The position numbers and the translations under genes are program-made. The notes under the pieces are model-generated. The model worked only from the letters and a program-made list of their open reading frames with translations, was not told where the DNA came from and searched no databases. DNA of 63,120 nt, the filler included, from Octopus bimaculoides (taxonomy: Eukaryota): the NCBI RefSeq assembly GCF_001194135.2. It is 6 parts of 5 records of this genome, joined end to end, with 100 filler letters (N's around TTAATTAATTAA, not from the genome) between each part and the next. Parts side by side here need not be neighbours in the genome. Positions count along the whole stretch, not along the records: positions 27,196 to 44,229 come from NC_068984.1; 5 more parts are not named here. The stretch is one strand, 5' to 3'. This document shows positions 27,196 to 39,815 of the stretch, in pieces. Position 1 is the stretch's first letter; each line of letters begins with the position of its first letter.

Positions 27196-27490
27196 AGTTA
27201 ACCTGCCTTTGATGTTGCTGCACCTCTTATGTGTCCATAGCTTGCACCGGGTACATCTTATAGAGTTACTACCTACTCCTTTTCTACATACTGAGCAGGG
27301 CCATCTACCTGAAGGGGTTTGTGTTTTATCTACCTTCCTACTTATTAGGATTTTGGTTTTAGCTAGGTTGACTCTAAGGCCCTTCAATTCTAGACCTTGC
27401 TTCCACACCTGAAACTTCTCCTCTAGTTCTGATAGTGACTCCGCAATTAGGGCAAGGTCATCAGCATAGAGGAGCTCCCAGGGGCAACAT
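27196..27490 (-). mobile_element. RTE-group LINE reverse-transcriptase fragment with an adjacent Cys/His (PHD-like) finger
   Basis: CCPWELLYADDLALIAES...GLRVNLAKTK then WPCSVCRKGVGSNSIRCTRCKLWTHKRCS. Confidence 0.88.
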
Positions 27491-27522
27491 ATATATATAT
27501 ATATAATGTCATATATGAAATT

Positions 27523-27740
27523 TGAAGGTGGCACGCTGGCAGAATCATTAGAATGCCAGGCAAACTGCATGGCAGCATTTTGTTTGTCTTTACGTTCAGA
27601 GTTCAAATTCCAGTGAGGTCAACATTGCCTTTCATCCTTTCAGAGATCAATAAAATAAAGTAGCATTTGAATACTGGGGGTCAATGATACTGACTAGCTC
27701 TCTCCCCCGAAATTGCTGGCCTTGGTCCAAAATTTGAAAC
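27523..27740 (+). mobile_element. SINE family A, CpG-decayed
   Basis: Family A match with CG changed to TG/CA. Confidence 0.85.
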
Positions 27741-28857
27741 CATTACATGCTAAGTTTGGATGTAGTTATACGATTTACAGTGTTATATAACACTTTGACA
27801 CTTTATAGTGCTATGTATATAGTATAATATATTAAGTTTGCATGTTATTCTATAATTTATAATGTTGTATAACTCTATGATAGTGTTATATTTTGTATAA
27901 TTTTTCTTAATATAAATCTGAGTGATGTTTCTCAGTCCGTTACGTTTTTATGTTCATTAACTCCTCCTAAACCATTGGTGCAAGGACAACGAAACTCATG
28001 CCAGCAACTCCCTTAATCCCAGGGAATGTCCTAAGGGGTTGTGTTTTTTAAGGGCTGTTTAGTTGGGGCCCTGCTAACCCCCTCCTATTTTTACTGCATT
28101 TTAAACTAAATATATGGCATTGGCGACTCAATTGAAGCAATGACAATGAATTTCATACCATGAACTCCCAAAGAGCATTGTAAGGAAGTTCAATTTCTGA
28201 AGGGCCACTTAAATGGGGCTCCACTGCTCCCCCCTTGTAGTTTTCCTGCATTTACCTCACTCCCACGCTTATTGATTAAACTATGATCAGCATCAAAGCT
28301 TAGCACATTTGCAGAAATAAGCTTCATTACACAAGGGTGGAGGGCCACAAAGTGGCCCGATAGTGGGGCCAAAGGCCTCAAAGGTGCCCTCTGCAGGAGC
28401 TAGCCTGAATGCTGCCTGAAGGGCGACTTCAAGGCTAGTATATTCTTTTCTACTCTAGGCACAAGGCCCGAAATTTTGGGGGAGGGAATCAGTCAATTAG
28501 ATCTGGTAATTAATCTATCGACGTTAGAAGGATGAAAGACAAAGTTGACCTTGGCGGAATTCAAGGCTGGTATATTAAATTTTAAAGTATATAGTATTGT
28601 ATAACAGAATTCTGAGTGTATATAATAGAAAGGATTGTTGATCAAAATAGTCTTGTACTTATTGATTCACATATTTTCTGCCTGAAATTTTTGGGGCTAT
28701 ATTTTAGTAAAAATCAAATAATTAAATGAACTTAATAAACTTCTACAATTTCTTTCTAAACATGGATGTTTTGAGTATTAACTTCTGATTAAGTTCTCCC
28801 ATCCTTATCTATTAAGCTGTCCTCTCTGTCTTGATTTTCATCAAATAACATCACTTG

Positions 28858-29218
28858 AGTGGAGGCACAATGGCCCAGTGGTTAGGGCAGCAGACTCACG
28901 GTCGGAGGATCGCAGTTTTGATTCCCAGACAAGGCATTGTATGTGTTTATTGAGCGAAAACATCTAAAGCTCCATGAGGCTCCGGCAGATCAGGCGTTGT
29001 GTGTGTTTATTGAGTGAAAATACATAAAGCTCCTCGAGGCTCCAGCAGGGGGTGGTGGTGACCCCTGTTGTACTCTTTTACCCCAACTTTCTCTCACTCT
29101 TTCTTCCTGTTTCTTGAGTAACGCTGCGATAGACTGGCGTCCAGCTGAGAGGAACACATATGCCATAGAAACTGGGAAACCGGGCCCATGAGCCTGGCTA
29201 GGCTTTGAAAGGGCGACG
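28858..29218 (+). mobile_element. Chimeric SINE, head C (with internal ~55-bp duplication) plus tail V
   Basis: Head caatggcccagtggttagggcag; tail gagtaacgctgcgatagactggcgtccag...gggcccatgagcctggctagg. Confidence 0.88.
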
Positions 29219-29351
29219 AAGAAGAACATCACTTGATAGAAATTACAATGGGTAAACAATGACTTGAGTAAAGTAAATACACATTGCTATGTACTATGTA
29301 TTACTATATACTATGACTGTCGGTATGAGTTACTGTGTAACCAGACAGCAG

Positions 29352-29396
29352 ATGTATTATACTGTACCCAGAGAGCTTCTGTTTTCATTGGAAGAA
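29352..29396 (+). CDS. Possible upstream exon of the plus-strand gene (MYYTVPRELLFSLEE); 5' boundary uncertain
   Basis: GAA|gttagt donor in phase 0 joins cleanly to exon 31989; the acceptor is weak. Confidence 0.3.
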
Positions 29397-29691
29397 GTTA
29401 GTTGTTGCAAAGTCCAAGTGATTGACAAATCTAATTTTCTAGTGTCTTGAAATTTAGGTGTGGAAACCAATTTGTTAATTAAAGCAAAGACAATTTTCTA
29501 CATCGTAAATTTATTCTTTTGAAGTGTTTTTCCATTACTTTTACTTAGAAAGTCTCCATATCAAATCTATTGATTTAAGTGCTTCGAGAGGTGACCAGAC
29601 ATTTTTGCTGCTGCTGATGATGATGATGCAGTAGCCTTTTACCTCTGTAAAATCAGCTCGTTTATACCCAAGTGGGTACAGCATACATATA

Positions 29692-29743
<52 letters not shown>

Positions 29744-30304
29744 TGAGGGAAAGAGATAAATAGACATTAGTTAAATAGAAGGTGCTATATCAATTGATTA
29801 CTTACAGTGTAATCATTGTCACATTGCTGCTCCTGGGGGAGAGGCAATGACGTCAAAGATCTGATAAGTCAGGAATTAATATTTCAATAATCTCCCCCGT
29901 CATTGTCGGCAGCGTTATCGTAACCGTTGGGAACCGGCGCAGTCACTGATGCTGCAGCTGCTGCTGCCGCCACCACCACCACTGTTCCTCCTCCTCCTCC
30001 TCATCATCATCATCATCATTATTATTCTGCAGAAATATCACAACTCTCATAGCCATTATCACTCCACAGTTGTAATCGTTATCAGAACCATCATCATCAT
30101 CATCATCATCAACATCGTCCTATAGAAATATCACAGTTGTAATAACCATCACAACCTTAATCATCATTTTATCACCGTTACCGTAAGCATAGACCTACAA
30201 AAAGACTGGATGGGCATGGTTGGCAACACCTTTGTTCCACAGGTCTGTTCAATAAGACCTGACCTGGGGCTACACCACAGCAACAACCATCATCATCATC
30301 ATCA

Positions 30305-30667
30305 TGGCTAGCTGGCAGAGCCATTAGCGCATCAGACAAAAATGTTTAATGGTGTTTCATCCGTCTTTGTGTTCTGAGTTCAAATTCTGCTGAGGTCAAC
30401 TTTGTCATTTCAGGCCTTGTGCCTTTACTAGAAAGGATTATTATTATTATTGTTAAGGCAGCGACCTGGCAGAATCGGTAGCATGCCAGGCAAATTGCTT
30501 AGCAGCATTTCCTTCATCTTTACATTCTGAGTTCAAGTTCTGCCGTGGTTGACTTTGCCTTTCATCCTTTCGGGGTCGATAAATTAAGTACCAGTGAAAC
30601 ACTGGGGTTGATGTAGTCGACTAGTCCCCGCCCCTAAAATTTCAAGTCTTATGCTTTAATAGAAAAG

Positions 30668-30675
<8 letters not shown>
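30305..30675 (+). mobile_element. Two tandem family A SINEs with (ATT)n tails
   Basis: Family A match, CpG-decayed. Confidence 0.85.
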
Positions 30676-30700
<25 letters not shown>

Positions 30701-30714
30701 GTTATTATTATTAT

Positions 30715-30920
30715 TCAATGATATTTCCATGCTGGCATGGGTTGGATGGTTTGAGCCGAGTTGGCAAACCAGAGAGCTGCACCTGGTTCCATAATCTGCA
30801 TTGGTTTGGTTTCTACCAACTGGTTGCTCTTCCTAACACGAACCATGTTACAGAGTATGCAGGGTACTTTTTATGTGGCACGGCACAGGTGCTTTTATGT
30901 GGCGCCAGCATGGGTGCTTA
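30715..30920. mobile_element. Family E short retroelement-like repeat; related copies at 38330-38648, 40555-40830 and 41820-41950
   Basis: Shared ttccatgctggcatgggtt.gatggtttga...ggatgcccttcctaa.gccaaccac motif in either orientation, usually next to (CAT)n/(GAT)n. Confidence 0.75.
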
Positions 30921-31009
30921 TTTCCAATTTTCTGTTAAGACATGTCTGGCCTTAAGAAAATATTACCTTGAAAAGAAGTCAAGGTTGGCGACAGGAAAGG
31001 CATCCAGAT

Positions 31010-31235
31010 ATACTCTTTACTCTTTTACTCTTTTACTTGTTTCAGTCATTTTACTGTGGCCATGCTGGAGCACCACCTTTTAGTCAAGCTAATCGACCTC
31101 AGGACTTATTCTTTGTAAGCCTAGTACTTATTCTATCAGTCTCTTTAGCCGAACCGCTAAGTTACGGGGACGTAAACACACCAGCATCGGTTGTCAAGCG
31201 ATGTTGGGAGGACAAACACAGACACACAAACATAT

Positions 31236-31289
<54 letters not shown>

Positions 31290-31455
31290 GATGGGCTTCT
31301 TTCAGTTTCCGTCTACCAAATCCACTCACAAGTCTTTGGTCGGCCCAAGGCTATAGTAGAAGACACTTGCCCAAGGTGCCACGCAGTGGGACTGAAACCG
31401 AAACCATGTGGTTGGTAAGCAAGCTACTTACCACACAGCCACTCCTACGCCTATA
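31010..31455 (-). mobile_element. SINE family D, full length
   Basis: Complete tail, (TA)n centre and head. Confidence 0.95.
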
Positions 31456-31988
31456 TAGAATATCTGCATCAATGAATTCTGTCTGACTTGAGCAAGTATA
31501 GAAAAGTGGATGCTAAAACATTGACTGTGATGATGATGTGTACATATGTGTGGATATGTCTATATATAAACATGTAAATTTTAATTCTGAAAATTATTTG
31601 GTTTGTAGGACTTGAAGAAATAACCAATCAAATCAAATATCATATGCATTGGTTATAAAATTTAGCACCAATTAAGTTTTTACTAAAATGCAAAACATTT
31701 AGAAATAATAATTGAAATTCAACAAGAATATTAGTGATTCCAAAACTATTTGTAGTTAATTTGTGTTTTTTCTGCATTTAAACGTTAAAACAAAATTCTG
31801 TCTTTTCTAAATTTTTAATATGCTGTTTCAAACTGTCATATTATTAATTAGAAATATATAATTAAGATTCTCATTTTTAAATGCTTATTTGCTTCTGAGA
31901 AAGTTGCTATGTAGCATTGTATGTCTTTAAGAGGAAGACATGTAACAGGAGGCTGAATGCATTGCTTCTGTTTCATTTTGTGTTGTAG

Positions 31989-32033
31989 ATAAAAGATGAA
32001 AAGCATCTTCTATTAGATGCTGGTGTTTTGCAG
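31989..32033 (+). CDS. Exon of the unidentified plus-strand gene: IKDEKHLLLDAGVLQ (45 nt, phase 0-0)
   Basis: ttctgtttcattttgtgttgtag acceptor, CAG|gtaaca donor; only frame 0 open. Confidence 0.7.
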
Positions 32034-32119
32034 GTAACATTTCCACAAGATCTAATCTATGCTTTGATGATCTAGGTAAACTTAGGCAACACACGAAGAA
32101 ATGTTCTGATAGGAAATAA

Positions 32120-32515
32120 ATAAATTATCATTCTTTTACTTGTTTTACTCATTGGACTACGGCCATGCTGGGGCACCATCCTGAAGGGTTTTTTGTCGAA
32201 TAAATCTACCCTAATACTTGTTTTTCAAAGTCTGGTATTTACTCTGTTAGTCACCTTTACCAAAACTGCTAAGTTACAAGGATGTAAGCATACCAACAAT
32301 GATTGCTGAGTGGTGGGGAACATACTCAAACACATACACACACACATAAACATAGATATATACACAACAGGCTTCCACACAGTTTCCATCTACCAAATTC
32401 ATTGAAGGTATTAGTTAGCCTTGGGCTGTAGTAGAAAATACTTGCTCAAAGTGCCATACAGTAGGACTGAACCTGAAACCATGTGGTTACAAAGCAAGTG
32501 TTTTCACCACATGAG
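32120..32515 (-). mobile_element. SINE family D, older diverged copy
   Basis: Family D match. Confidence 0.85.
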
Positions 32516-32544
32516 CAACATCTTTCTTAAGATTCTGACATTTT

Positions 32545-32757
32545 TAAGGCGGTGAGCTGGCAGAAACGTTAGCACACTGGGCAAAATGCTTAGCAGTATT
32601 TCGTCTGCCGTTACGTTCTGGGTTCAAATTCCGCCGAAGTTGACTTTGCCTTTCATCCTTTCAGGGTTGATAAATTAAGTACCAGTTATATATTGGGGTT
32701 GAACTAATCGACTGGGCCCCTCCCCTCAAAATTTTGCGTCTTGTGCCAAGAGTAGAA
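32545..32757 (+). mobile_element. SINE family A with 16-bp TSD
   Basis: aagattctgacatttt at 32529-32544 and 32758-32773. Confidence 0.95.
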
Positions 32758-32839
32758 AAGATTCTGACATTTTGTAGATATTTCCAGATGATCTAGCTCT
32801 TCCTTAATTGATGATGATGATGATGATGTACATTTGAAT

Positions 32840-33316
32840 TCAATATATATATATGTATGTATGTATGTGTGTGTATATGTTTGTGTGTCTGTGTTTGTCC
32901 CTCAACATCACTTGACAACCGCTGGTAGTGTGTTTATGTCCCCGGAACTTAGTGGTTCAGCAAAAGAGACCCATAGAATAAGTACTGGGCTTACGAAGAA
33001 TAAGTCCTGGGGTCGATTTGCTCTACTAAAGGCGGTGCTCCAGCATGGCTGCAGTCAAATGACTGAAACAAGTAAAAGAGTAAAGAGTGTATATATATAT
33101 ATATGTGTGTATGTATGTGTGTGTATATGTTTGTCCCCCAACATCACTTGACAACTGATGGTGGTGTGTTTACGTCCCCGTAACTTAGCAGTTCGGCAAA
33201 AGAGACCGATAAAATAAGTACTGGGCTTACAAAGAATAGGTCCTGGGGTCGATTTGCTCGACTAAAGGCGGTGCTCCAGCATGGCCACAGTCAAATGACT
33301 GAAACAAGTAAAAGAG
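32840..33316 (+). mobile_element. Two tandem headless 3' halves of SINE family D
   Basis: The tail ...gcatggc.gcagtcaaatgactgaaacaagtaaaagag occurs twice. Confidence 0.92.
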
Positions 33317-34245
33317 TATTATTATTCCTCATTATTATTTCTCTTGAACAACAAACAATGTGTCTCGGAAACATGGTGAAGTTGGATTTCTTGAAGCTAT
33401 AACAACAAGTTAGAGCTAAAGCGGTTGCTCCTTCATGATATTCTAGAAGCATAGCAACTAAATCACACCCTTAGTATTTTCCAGGAATAAAGAAATTGAA
33501 GAAATGGCATTTTAGAGACTCTTAGAAAACAAAAAAAAGACATATTGAAAGTCTTTGATCATTTGGTCTGCTTGATCAGGGCCAACTTGGGACTCCATTA
33601 CCACAAAATCAGCAACTATTTCTTTAACAAAAGAACCATCCTACAAAGATGTAAAATTGTTAAAAAAACAAAAACTAGAAAGTAAATCTGGAGACTTGAC
33701 ATCTGGCTCCAGCCTGCTCTGTCTGCTGATTCTCATAATCATTCTCTTCCTCATCTCTTCATTTCATGAATAATAAATTAGCTTATAAGAAGCATGAGAG
33801 CTGCACTTTGCTTTATATTCTTCTTCTTCTCAAGTTTGTTTCTTTTTTTTTCTTTTCATGTTCCTTTATTTATTTTTTCCCTCCCCCGTTTCGTGTTTAC
33901 TTTTGTTTACTTTATTTCATTAATAAATTGATGGAATGAAAATCTTCAAAGTTTATTTTTGGCTGTGAAAAAAATACAATTTTTCTTTCATGCATAGGAT
34001 TGATTTATTTACTTATTTACTGCTGAGATGTTAGTCTCTTGAGTTCAATTCCCTGTACACCCTATATATATAGATATATATATATATATATATATAGATA
34101 TAAATAAAATATTTTGCTATTACCAAATTGATAATTAGGAGATGAAAGCATATTTTGCTTTCATTTATCTATATTGATTGCTTTGTTATCCTTTTTTTTT
34201 GTGCATGTTTTTCTTGTTGCAACCAATCCTATTGACATTAATTAG

Positions 34246-34253
34246 ATAGTTCT
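34246..34253 (+). CDS. Candidate microexon ATAGTTCT (8 nt), or TTCT (4 nt) via the second AG
   Basis: Upstream T-rich tract with TGC motifs and ttgac, tandem AGs, strong gtaagt donor; supplies the phase needed after the 45-nt exon. Confidence 0.5.
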
Positions 34254-34376
34254 GTAAGTGTAGCATGGCCCTTGCTTCTCAATTCTTTCTGTCTGCTGAG
34301 GTTTTTGAAGAAGCCTGGTAGCACCAGAAATGGCAGTTTTCAAAATGAAAGAACAGGTTGATGCTACTCCTTACAG

Positions 34377-34380
34377 GATG
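34377..34380 (+). CDS. Candidate 4-nt microexon GATG
   Basis: tgctactccttacag|GATG|gtatca; frame-compatible with path B. Confidence 0.4.
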
Positions 34381-34431
34381 GTATCAAAGAAATAATACTG
34401 GGTTAGGAAACTGGTGCAAAATAATGATCCC

Positions 34432-34638
34432 TTAACCTTTTTTGTTAGAAACCCACTTAAGACTGCCAATGGTTCTGTGATGCAGACTTCTTGGTTTAAA
34501 GAGGTCCAAATTAAAACTTTCATTCCAAGCCCCAGCTAAATAATGGCAAAATAATTTTACTAAATTCTTCATTACTTTCAAAATTAATTAAAACAAAAGC
34601 AGTGTAGTTTAATAAAAATATGGAAACAAAAGGGTTCA
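34432..34638. mobile_element. piggyBac-type MITE (TTAA-CC.TT...AAGGG-TTCA); related copy at about 41538-41748
   Basis: Terminal motifs plus shared internal sequence between the two copies. Confidence 0.7.
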
Positions 34639-35029
34639 TGAGGATCTCTCCAAGCTTTGAGTGTCAACTTAACCTTTTGATGGGGTCTCCTGTAATATCT
34701 CTAAGGGATGAAAAACCTTCAAGAAAATAAAAAGGGTCAGGTTAACCCTGACTAAGTAAGCTAATGGTTTAAGAAACTTTAGAGATATTTAGGACTAAAT
34801 CTTCTAATTTGTGTAAGACAGAAGGGTGTCACTTGAGGGAGATTTGGCTGCTGTTTCTAATAGGCTGAGTGGCCATGTAGAAGCTCCCTTGTGGTGGTTG
34901 TCTGATGTTTTGTCCCATCCTACCCATCAAAATGAAAAAAATGCTGACTGTCCCACTATGAACATAGTTGATGTACAGACACACACACATACATATTACC
35001 ATCTCTCTCCTCCTCAGACACCATGTCTT

Positions 35030-35260
35030 ATTTCTTTACTGCCCACAAGGGGTTACACACAGAGGGGACAAACAAGGACAGACAAAGGGATTAAGTCGAT
35101 TATATCGACCCCAGTGCATAACTGGTACTTATTTAATCTACCCCGAAAGAGTGAAAGGCAAAGTTGACCTCAGCGGAATTTGAACTCAGAACATAATGGC
35201 AGACAAAATACCGCTAAGCATTTCACGCGGCGTGCTAACACTTCTGCCAACTCACCGACT
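35030..35260 (-). mobile_element. SINE family A
   Basis: Reverse complement of the 42067-42300 copy. Confidence 0.92.
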
Positions 35261-35465
35261 CCCATACAATATTGCAGCTGTCACACAACTCTTATAGACC
35301 TTTCCTTTCATCTTCATTAAAGAAGATCTGATTGCTATATAAAGTGTTGTGTAACCCTCGAGTCAGTCTCGGTGCTGCAGACCAAACACAGATTGCAGTC
35401 AAAGAACTACATAGAAGATCTCATAGTGTTCTTCTCTGACAGCATTCGTTTCAATAAAAGTACTT

Positions 35466-35670
35466 ACACTTTTACTCGTTTCAGTCATTTTGACTGTGGC
35501 CATGCTGGAGTACCGCCTTTTAGTCAGGCAAATCGACCCCAGGACTTACTCTTTGTAAGCCTAGTACTTATTCTATCGGTTCTCTTTTGGCAAACTGCTA
35601 AGTTACGGGGACGTAAACACACCACCATCGGTTGTCAAGTGATGTTGGACACACGCACACACACCCACAT

Positions 35671-35709
<39 letters not shown>

Positions 35710-35885
35710 NNNNNNNNNNCGACAGGCTTCTTTCAGTTTCTGTCTACCAAATCCACTCACAAAGCTTTGGTCGGCCCGAGGCTATAGTTGAAGACACTTG
35801 CCCCAGGTGCCACGCAGTGGGACTGAACCCAGAACCACGTGGTTGGTAAGCGAGCTACTTACCACACAGCCAATCCTATGCCTAT
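35466..35885 (-). mobile_element. SINE family D, full length, ending 37 nt before the next acceptor
   Basis: Family D match. Confidence 0.95.
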
Positions 35886-35921
35886 ATTTGTTGATCTTCA
35901 ATAGCTTCTGTTTTTCCACAG

Positions 35922-35960
35922 GGGACACTTATCCTTCGAGAGTGTCTGCTTCCATAACAG
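35922..35960 (+). CDS. 39-nt exon of the plus-strand gene, open in two frames (GHLSFESVCFHN or DTYPSRVSASIT)
   Basis: cttctgtttttccacag acceptor, CAG|gtacct donor; frame 0 contains TAA. Confidence 0.7.
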
Positions 35961-36819
35961 GTACCTGTTGTGATTTAGCAGCTTCTGTTTCTAGGAGGGG
36001 TATTTTTCATTGTTCTTAGACAGTTTCCATAATGGTCGGGCATTAAACACTAGTCACGTCTCTTTTTCCATTAAACCTCATCCATGGTGAGGATAGCAGC
36101 TCCATTAAATCTAACATTTCATCCACTTACATCTTCATTAACCTCCGAAATGTATGTCTTTTCTGAAGCTCCTCCAACTCAATAAAGCTTTGACCTTATT
36201 TTTGAGATTCCAAAGAGTGGTCAATGGCACATTTGATGTATATGTCCGACCAAAATTAATGTCTTCTCAACACAAAACACTATCAGTTGATAGCATTTTC
36301 CTCTTGACAGTTTATGCTGCCCCTGTTTTCATCTAAACAAGAGTTCAGATCTGTTTTCTTGGTATTGATCCTTTTCTTTAATTGGTGATATTTCCAAAAT
36401 AACAAGAGAGACCACCACCACCACCACCACCACCACTGCCACTACTATCATTGCAGATAGAAAAATAAATCTTTTTATAGTATATGATATATTATTATTC
36501 AGTATACAGATATTTCTTGTATTTTTTTCTTTTTCTAAACAATATCAATGTACTGATATTCTGTGCCTTTTTGTTGCTTGGCACTTTTCCAAAACCAATT
36601 TTTAGTTGATTCACCAATTCCTTAAACAATCTCTATAACATCCAGCTTATTTCATCAATAGTACCGTTTCTACTTTGTATTGCACATTAGCGTACAGGCA
36701 CCGACCACAAATCCCCTTTCGATGCCTTACATCCTGCCACCCCTTCATGAAACACCCTGCCATCCTGCCACCCCTTCAAATGTATAGTAAAATACTTTGA
36801 CCTTTGAGTTTTTGTGTCT

Positions 36820-36977
36820 GTGTGTGTGGTAAGAAGCTTGCTTCCCAACCACATGGTTCTGAGTTCAGACCAACACTGTGTGGCCACCTGGGCAAGTGTT
36901 TTCTACTATAGCCTTGGGCCAACCAAAGCCTTGTGAGTGGATTTCGTGGACAGAAACTGAAAGAAGCCCATTGTATG

Positions 36978-37012
<35 letters not shown>

Positions 37013-37085
37013 ATTTGTTTCCCACTTAACATCCGGTGTTGGTGTGTTTATGTCCCTGTAATTTAGCTAGCTGTCCCTGTAACTT
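36820..37085 (+). mobile_element. SINE family D, 5' two-thirds
   Basis: gtgtggtaagaagcttgcttcccaaccacatgg head. Confidence 0.9.
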
Positions 37086-37345
37086 GAGACCCAAGCCGTT
37101 GCAGTATCTGGTCCTGTATCCTGTTGCTCGGTGTTTAGCAGTCATATACAGAGCCATGGAAAAGACATGTCACTTCATTGGTCTTATCTTTGTCTAGTGG
37201 GACATTCAGTGATCTTTCCATATTTTAGTCAGGTTACTTACTCATTGCTGAGTAACCCTTAATCAACCTGAGATGAGTTTCCCCTTCACTGTGCCTGTCA
37301 CTGTAGATAGAAATAAATACTCTTTGCATAATGGAGTCTTAGACA

Positions 37346-37727
37346 TGTTGGCACTCCGTCGCTTACGACATCGAGGGTTCCAGTTGATCTGATCAACGGA
37401 ACAACCTGCTTGTGAAATTAACATGCAAGTGGCTGAGCACTCCACAGATACGTGTACCCTTAACGTAGTTCTCGGGGATATTCAGCGTGACACAGTGTGA
37501 CAAGGCTGACCCTTTGAATTACAGGCACAACAGAAACAGGAAGTAAGAGTGAGAGAAAGTTGTGGTGGAAGAGTACAGCAGGGTTCGCCACCATCCCCTG
37601 CCGGAGCCTTGTGCAGCTTTAGGTGTTTTCGCTCAATAAACACTCACAACGCCCGGTCTGGGAATCGAAACTGCGATCCTATGACCGCGAGTCAGCTTCC
37701 CTAACCACTGGGCCATTGTGCTTCCAC
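37346..37727 (-). mobile_element. SINE family C, full length, 13-bp TSD
   Basis: ggagtcttagaca at 37333-37345 and 37728-37740. Confidence 0.96.
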
Positions 37728-38112
37728 GGAGTCTTAGACAAAGTATGTGTGAAAAGACATGATAGTCATGGCTGGAGTATTTTTACTCATAGGTTTGCTC
37801 AATCAAAGCTGACCTGGGGCTAAACAACAACAACAATTAATCATCATCATCATAGTCATCATCATCATCATTTATTGAATTACCTAACCAAATCTGTTAA
37901 CATTGTTCTCGTTAGTATTTACTTATTATTCTAAACAGATTAAAAGAATGCATTAATTAGCTGATAGAAAAGAACGCTATTGTTGCACATGAATAAAAGA
38001 ACTTGCTGAGAATCTTCTGTGACACTAATCCAGTTTCCATTACTGATTCTGTTTTTTTTTTCTTGCTTTTTTGTTTTTGTTTTCTCTTTTAATACATTTT
38101 TCCGTTTAATAG

Positions 38113-38117
38113 ACATG
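38113..38117 (+). CDS. Candidate 5-nt microexon ACATG
   Basis: About 60-nt T-rich tract, tttaatag|ACATG|gtgaag. Confidence 0.5.
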
Positions 38118-38679
38118 GTGAAGAAAATCAGATCTTTTTCTGTTTACCTCCTAACAATCAAAATAACTAAAATTACTATCTAGTCAATAACAATATACTA
38201 ATTGAAACCAGTGAGCTTTTCAAAATTCAAAGAATTTTGGGGGTTTTTTCATTTGCCTTCTTTTTTTTTTTTTGATTAGAAAAATGTCCCTTACCAATTC
38301 TGTAGCAGCTGGGTTTATATATACATCATCAGGATCATTGTTTAATGTCCATTTTCCATGCTCGCATATATATATATATACATACATGTGCCACCTGACT
38401 GGTTACCATGCCGGTGGCATGTAAAAAGCACCATTCAAGCGTGGTCAATGCCAGTGCTGCCTGCTTGTGCCACGTAAAAAGCACCCACTACACTCTGGGA
38501 GTGGTTGGCATTAGGAAGGGCATCCAGCTGTAGAAACTCTGCCAGATCAGATTGCAGTCTGGGGCAGCCTTCTGGCTTGCCAGTCCTCAGTCAAACCATC
38601 TAACCCATGCCAGCATGGAAAACGGACGTTAAACGACGATGATGATGATTTACACCTTGGGGGAAGAAGGATTGGGAGG

Positions 38680-38900
38680 TGGTGGTTGCATAGGTATAAT
38701 GGAAGAAAGAGCTGGCAGTGTGCAACTAATTATCTTTGGCAAGCAGAGACTGTTGTTGTAGTGGAAGAAAAGGTAGTGAGGAGACAATGCATCTGTAGTT
38801 TGTTGATTGAGTCTTCGCCAGTCAACCAATCGGATGAATTTCTTCTGGATGCACTCTCAGATATTTGTCTAGTGGTACCACTATCTCAGTTGTGGAAGGA
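38680..38900 (-). mobile_element. Degenerate CR1/Jockey-group LINE fragment
   Basis: Minus strand ECIQKKFIRLVD...LFFHYNNSLC, same type as 15150-15480. Confidence 0.55.
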
Positions 38901-39532
38901 AATTTCCAGAACCAGTAATTGCTTAAAACTGAAGTATTTTCTTTCACAACTTCTGTATCGAGTCATAAATCACTAAGTCAGTAGGGTACCACTTATTAAC
39001 CAGTGGGTAACAATTCATAGGTTTTAATTCCACTAAATCTAAATAGATATCATTGGAAAGGTTCAGTCCCCATTAATCTCCATTTTTAATTACTATTTGA
39101 AGATAAAATCATTAGAAATTCTCTAACAACCAAATAGATTATCAGCTTTTGTCTGTTATGTATAAACTTGAATCAATGACTAGGTTAGATTTTGGTTCAT
39201 TTTCTATTTTATACACCATGTAATTTTTTGAATTTCTTGTGGAGCTGTTATTCAGGAAATAGGAAAATATCCTGTCTTCTGTACATGTGGATAGAAAGGT
39301 GTTGGGTGTGTATGTGCCTGGGTCAATCTATATCGTGGTTAATGTGTGACTAATGGTATGAGTATGTGGCAGATGACACTAGTTCATGATTGTAGGTGAG
39401 GTTTTAGATCATGATAAGTGTTTAATGAATGAAACGAGATTATAACACTGAACTGTTTATGGAGTATTTCAGCTATGACCATCCTCTTTTTTTCTTTTTC
39501 TTTTGTTATATCTATACAAACAATATAAACAG

Positions 39533-39537
39533 GAAAG
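39533..39537 (+). CDS. Candidate 5-nt microexon GAAAG
   Basis: cctctttttttctttttcttttg tract, tataaacag|GAAAG|gtgaga. Confidence 0.5.
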
Positions 39538-39733
39538 GTGAGATACGTTATCCAATGTACTCTTCTGTTTTTAAAATAGCTGTGTGTGTTTGGAGGAGGA
39601 GTGTCCATCTACCAGTACCTAGGGTTAAACATAAACTTAACACCTCAAAAATGAAGGCTATTCAACATTTTCCCTTAAAGAAAGTAGAACTACTTTTATG
39701 AGGTATGATAGACATAAAAATAGCCTGCATATA

Positions 39734-39815
<82 letters not shown>

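Noticed and set aside
34301-34356. 56-nt exon FLKKPGSTRNGSFQNERT
   Set aside because: Atypical GAG acceptor, weak donor, and only 47 nt from the upstream microexon donor.
35922-35957. Direct splice 32033 to 35922 giving GTLILRECLLP* as the C-terminus
   Set aside because: Possible, but it would leave three well-bounded, frame-consistent downstream exons unexplained; kept only as a potential NMD isoform.
38280-38312. 33-nt symmetric exon KMSLTNSVAA; also candidates at 36311-36342 and 39256-39298
   Set aside because: Acceptors are plausible but the donors (gtttat, gttcag, gtgttg) are weak; they cannot be supported without reads.
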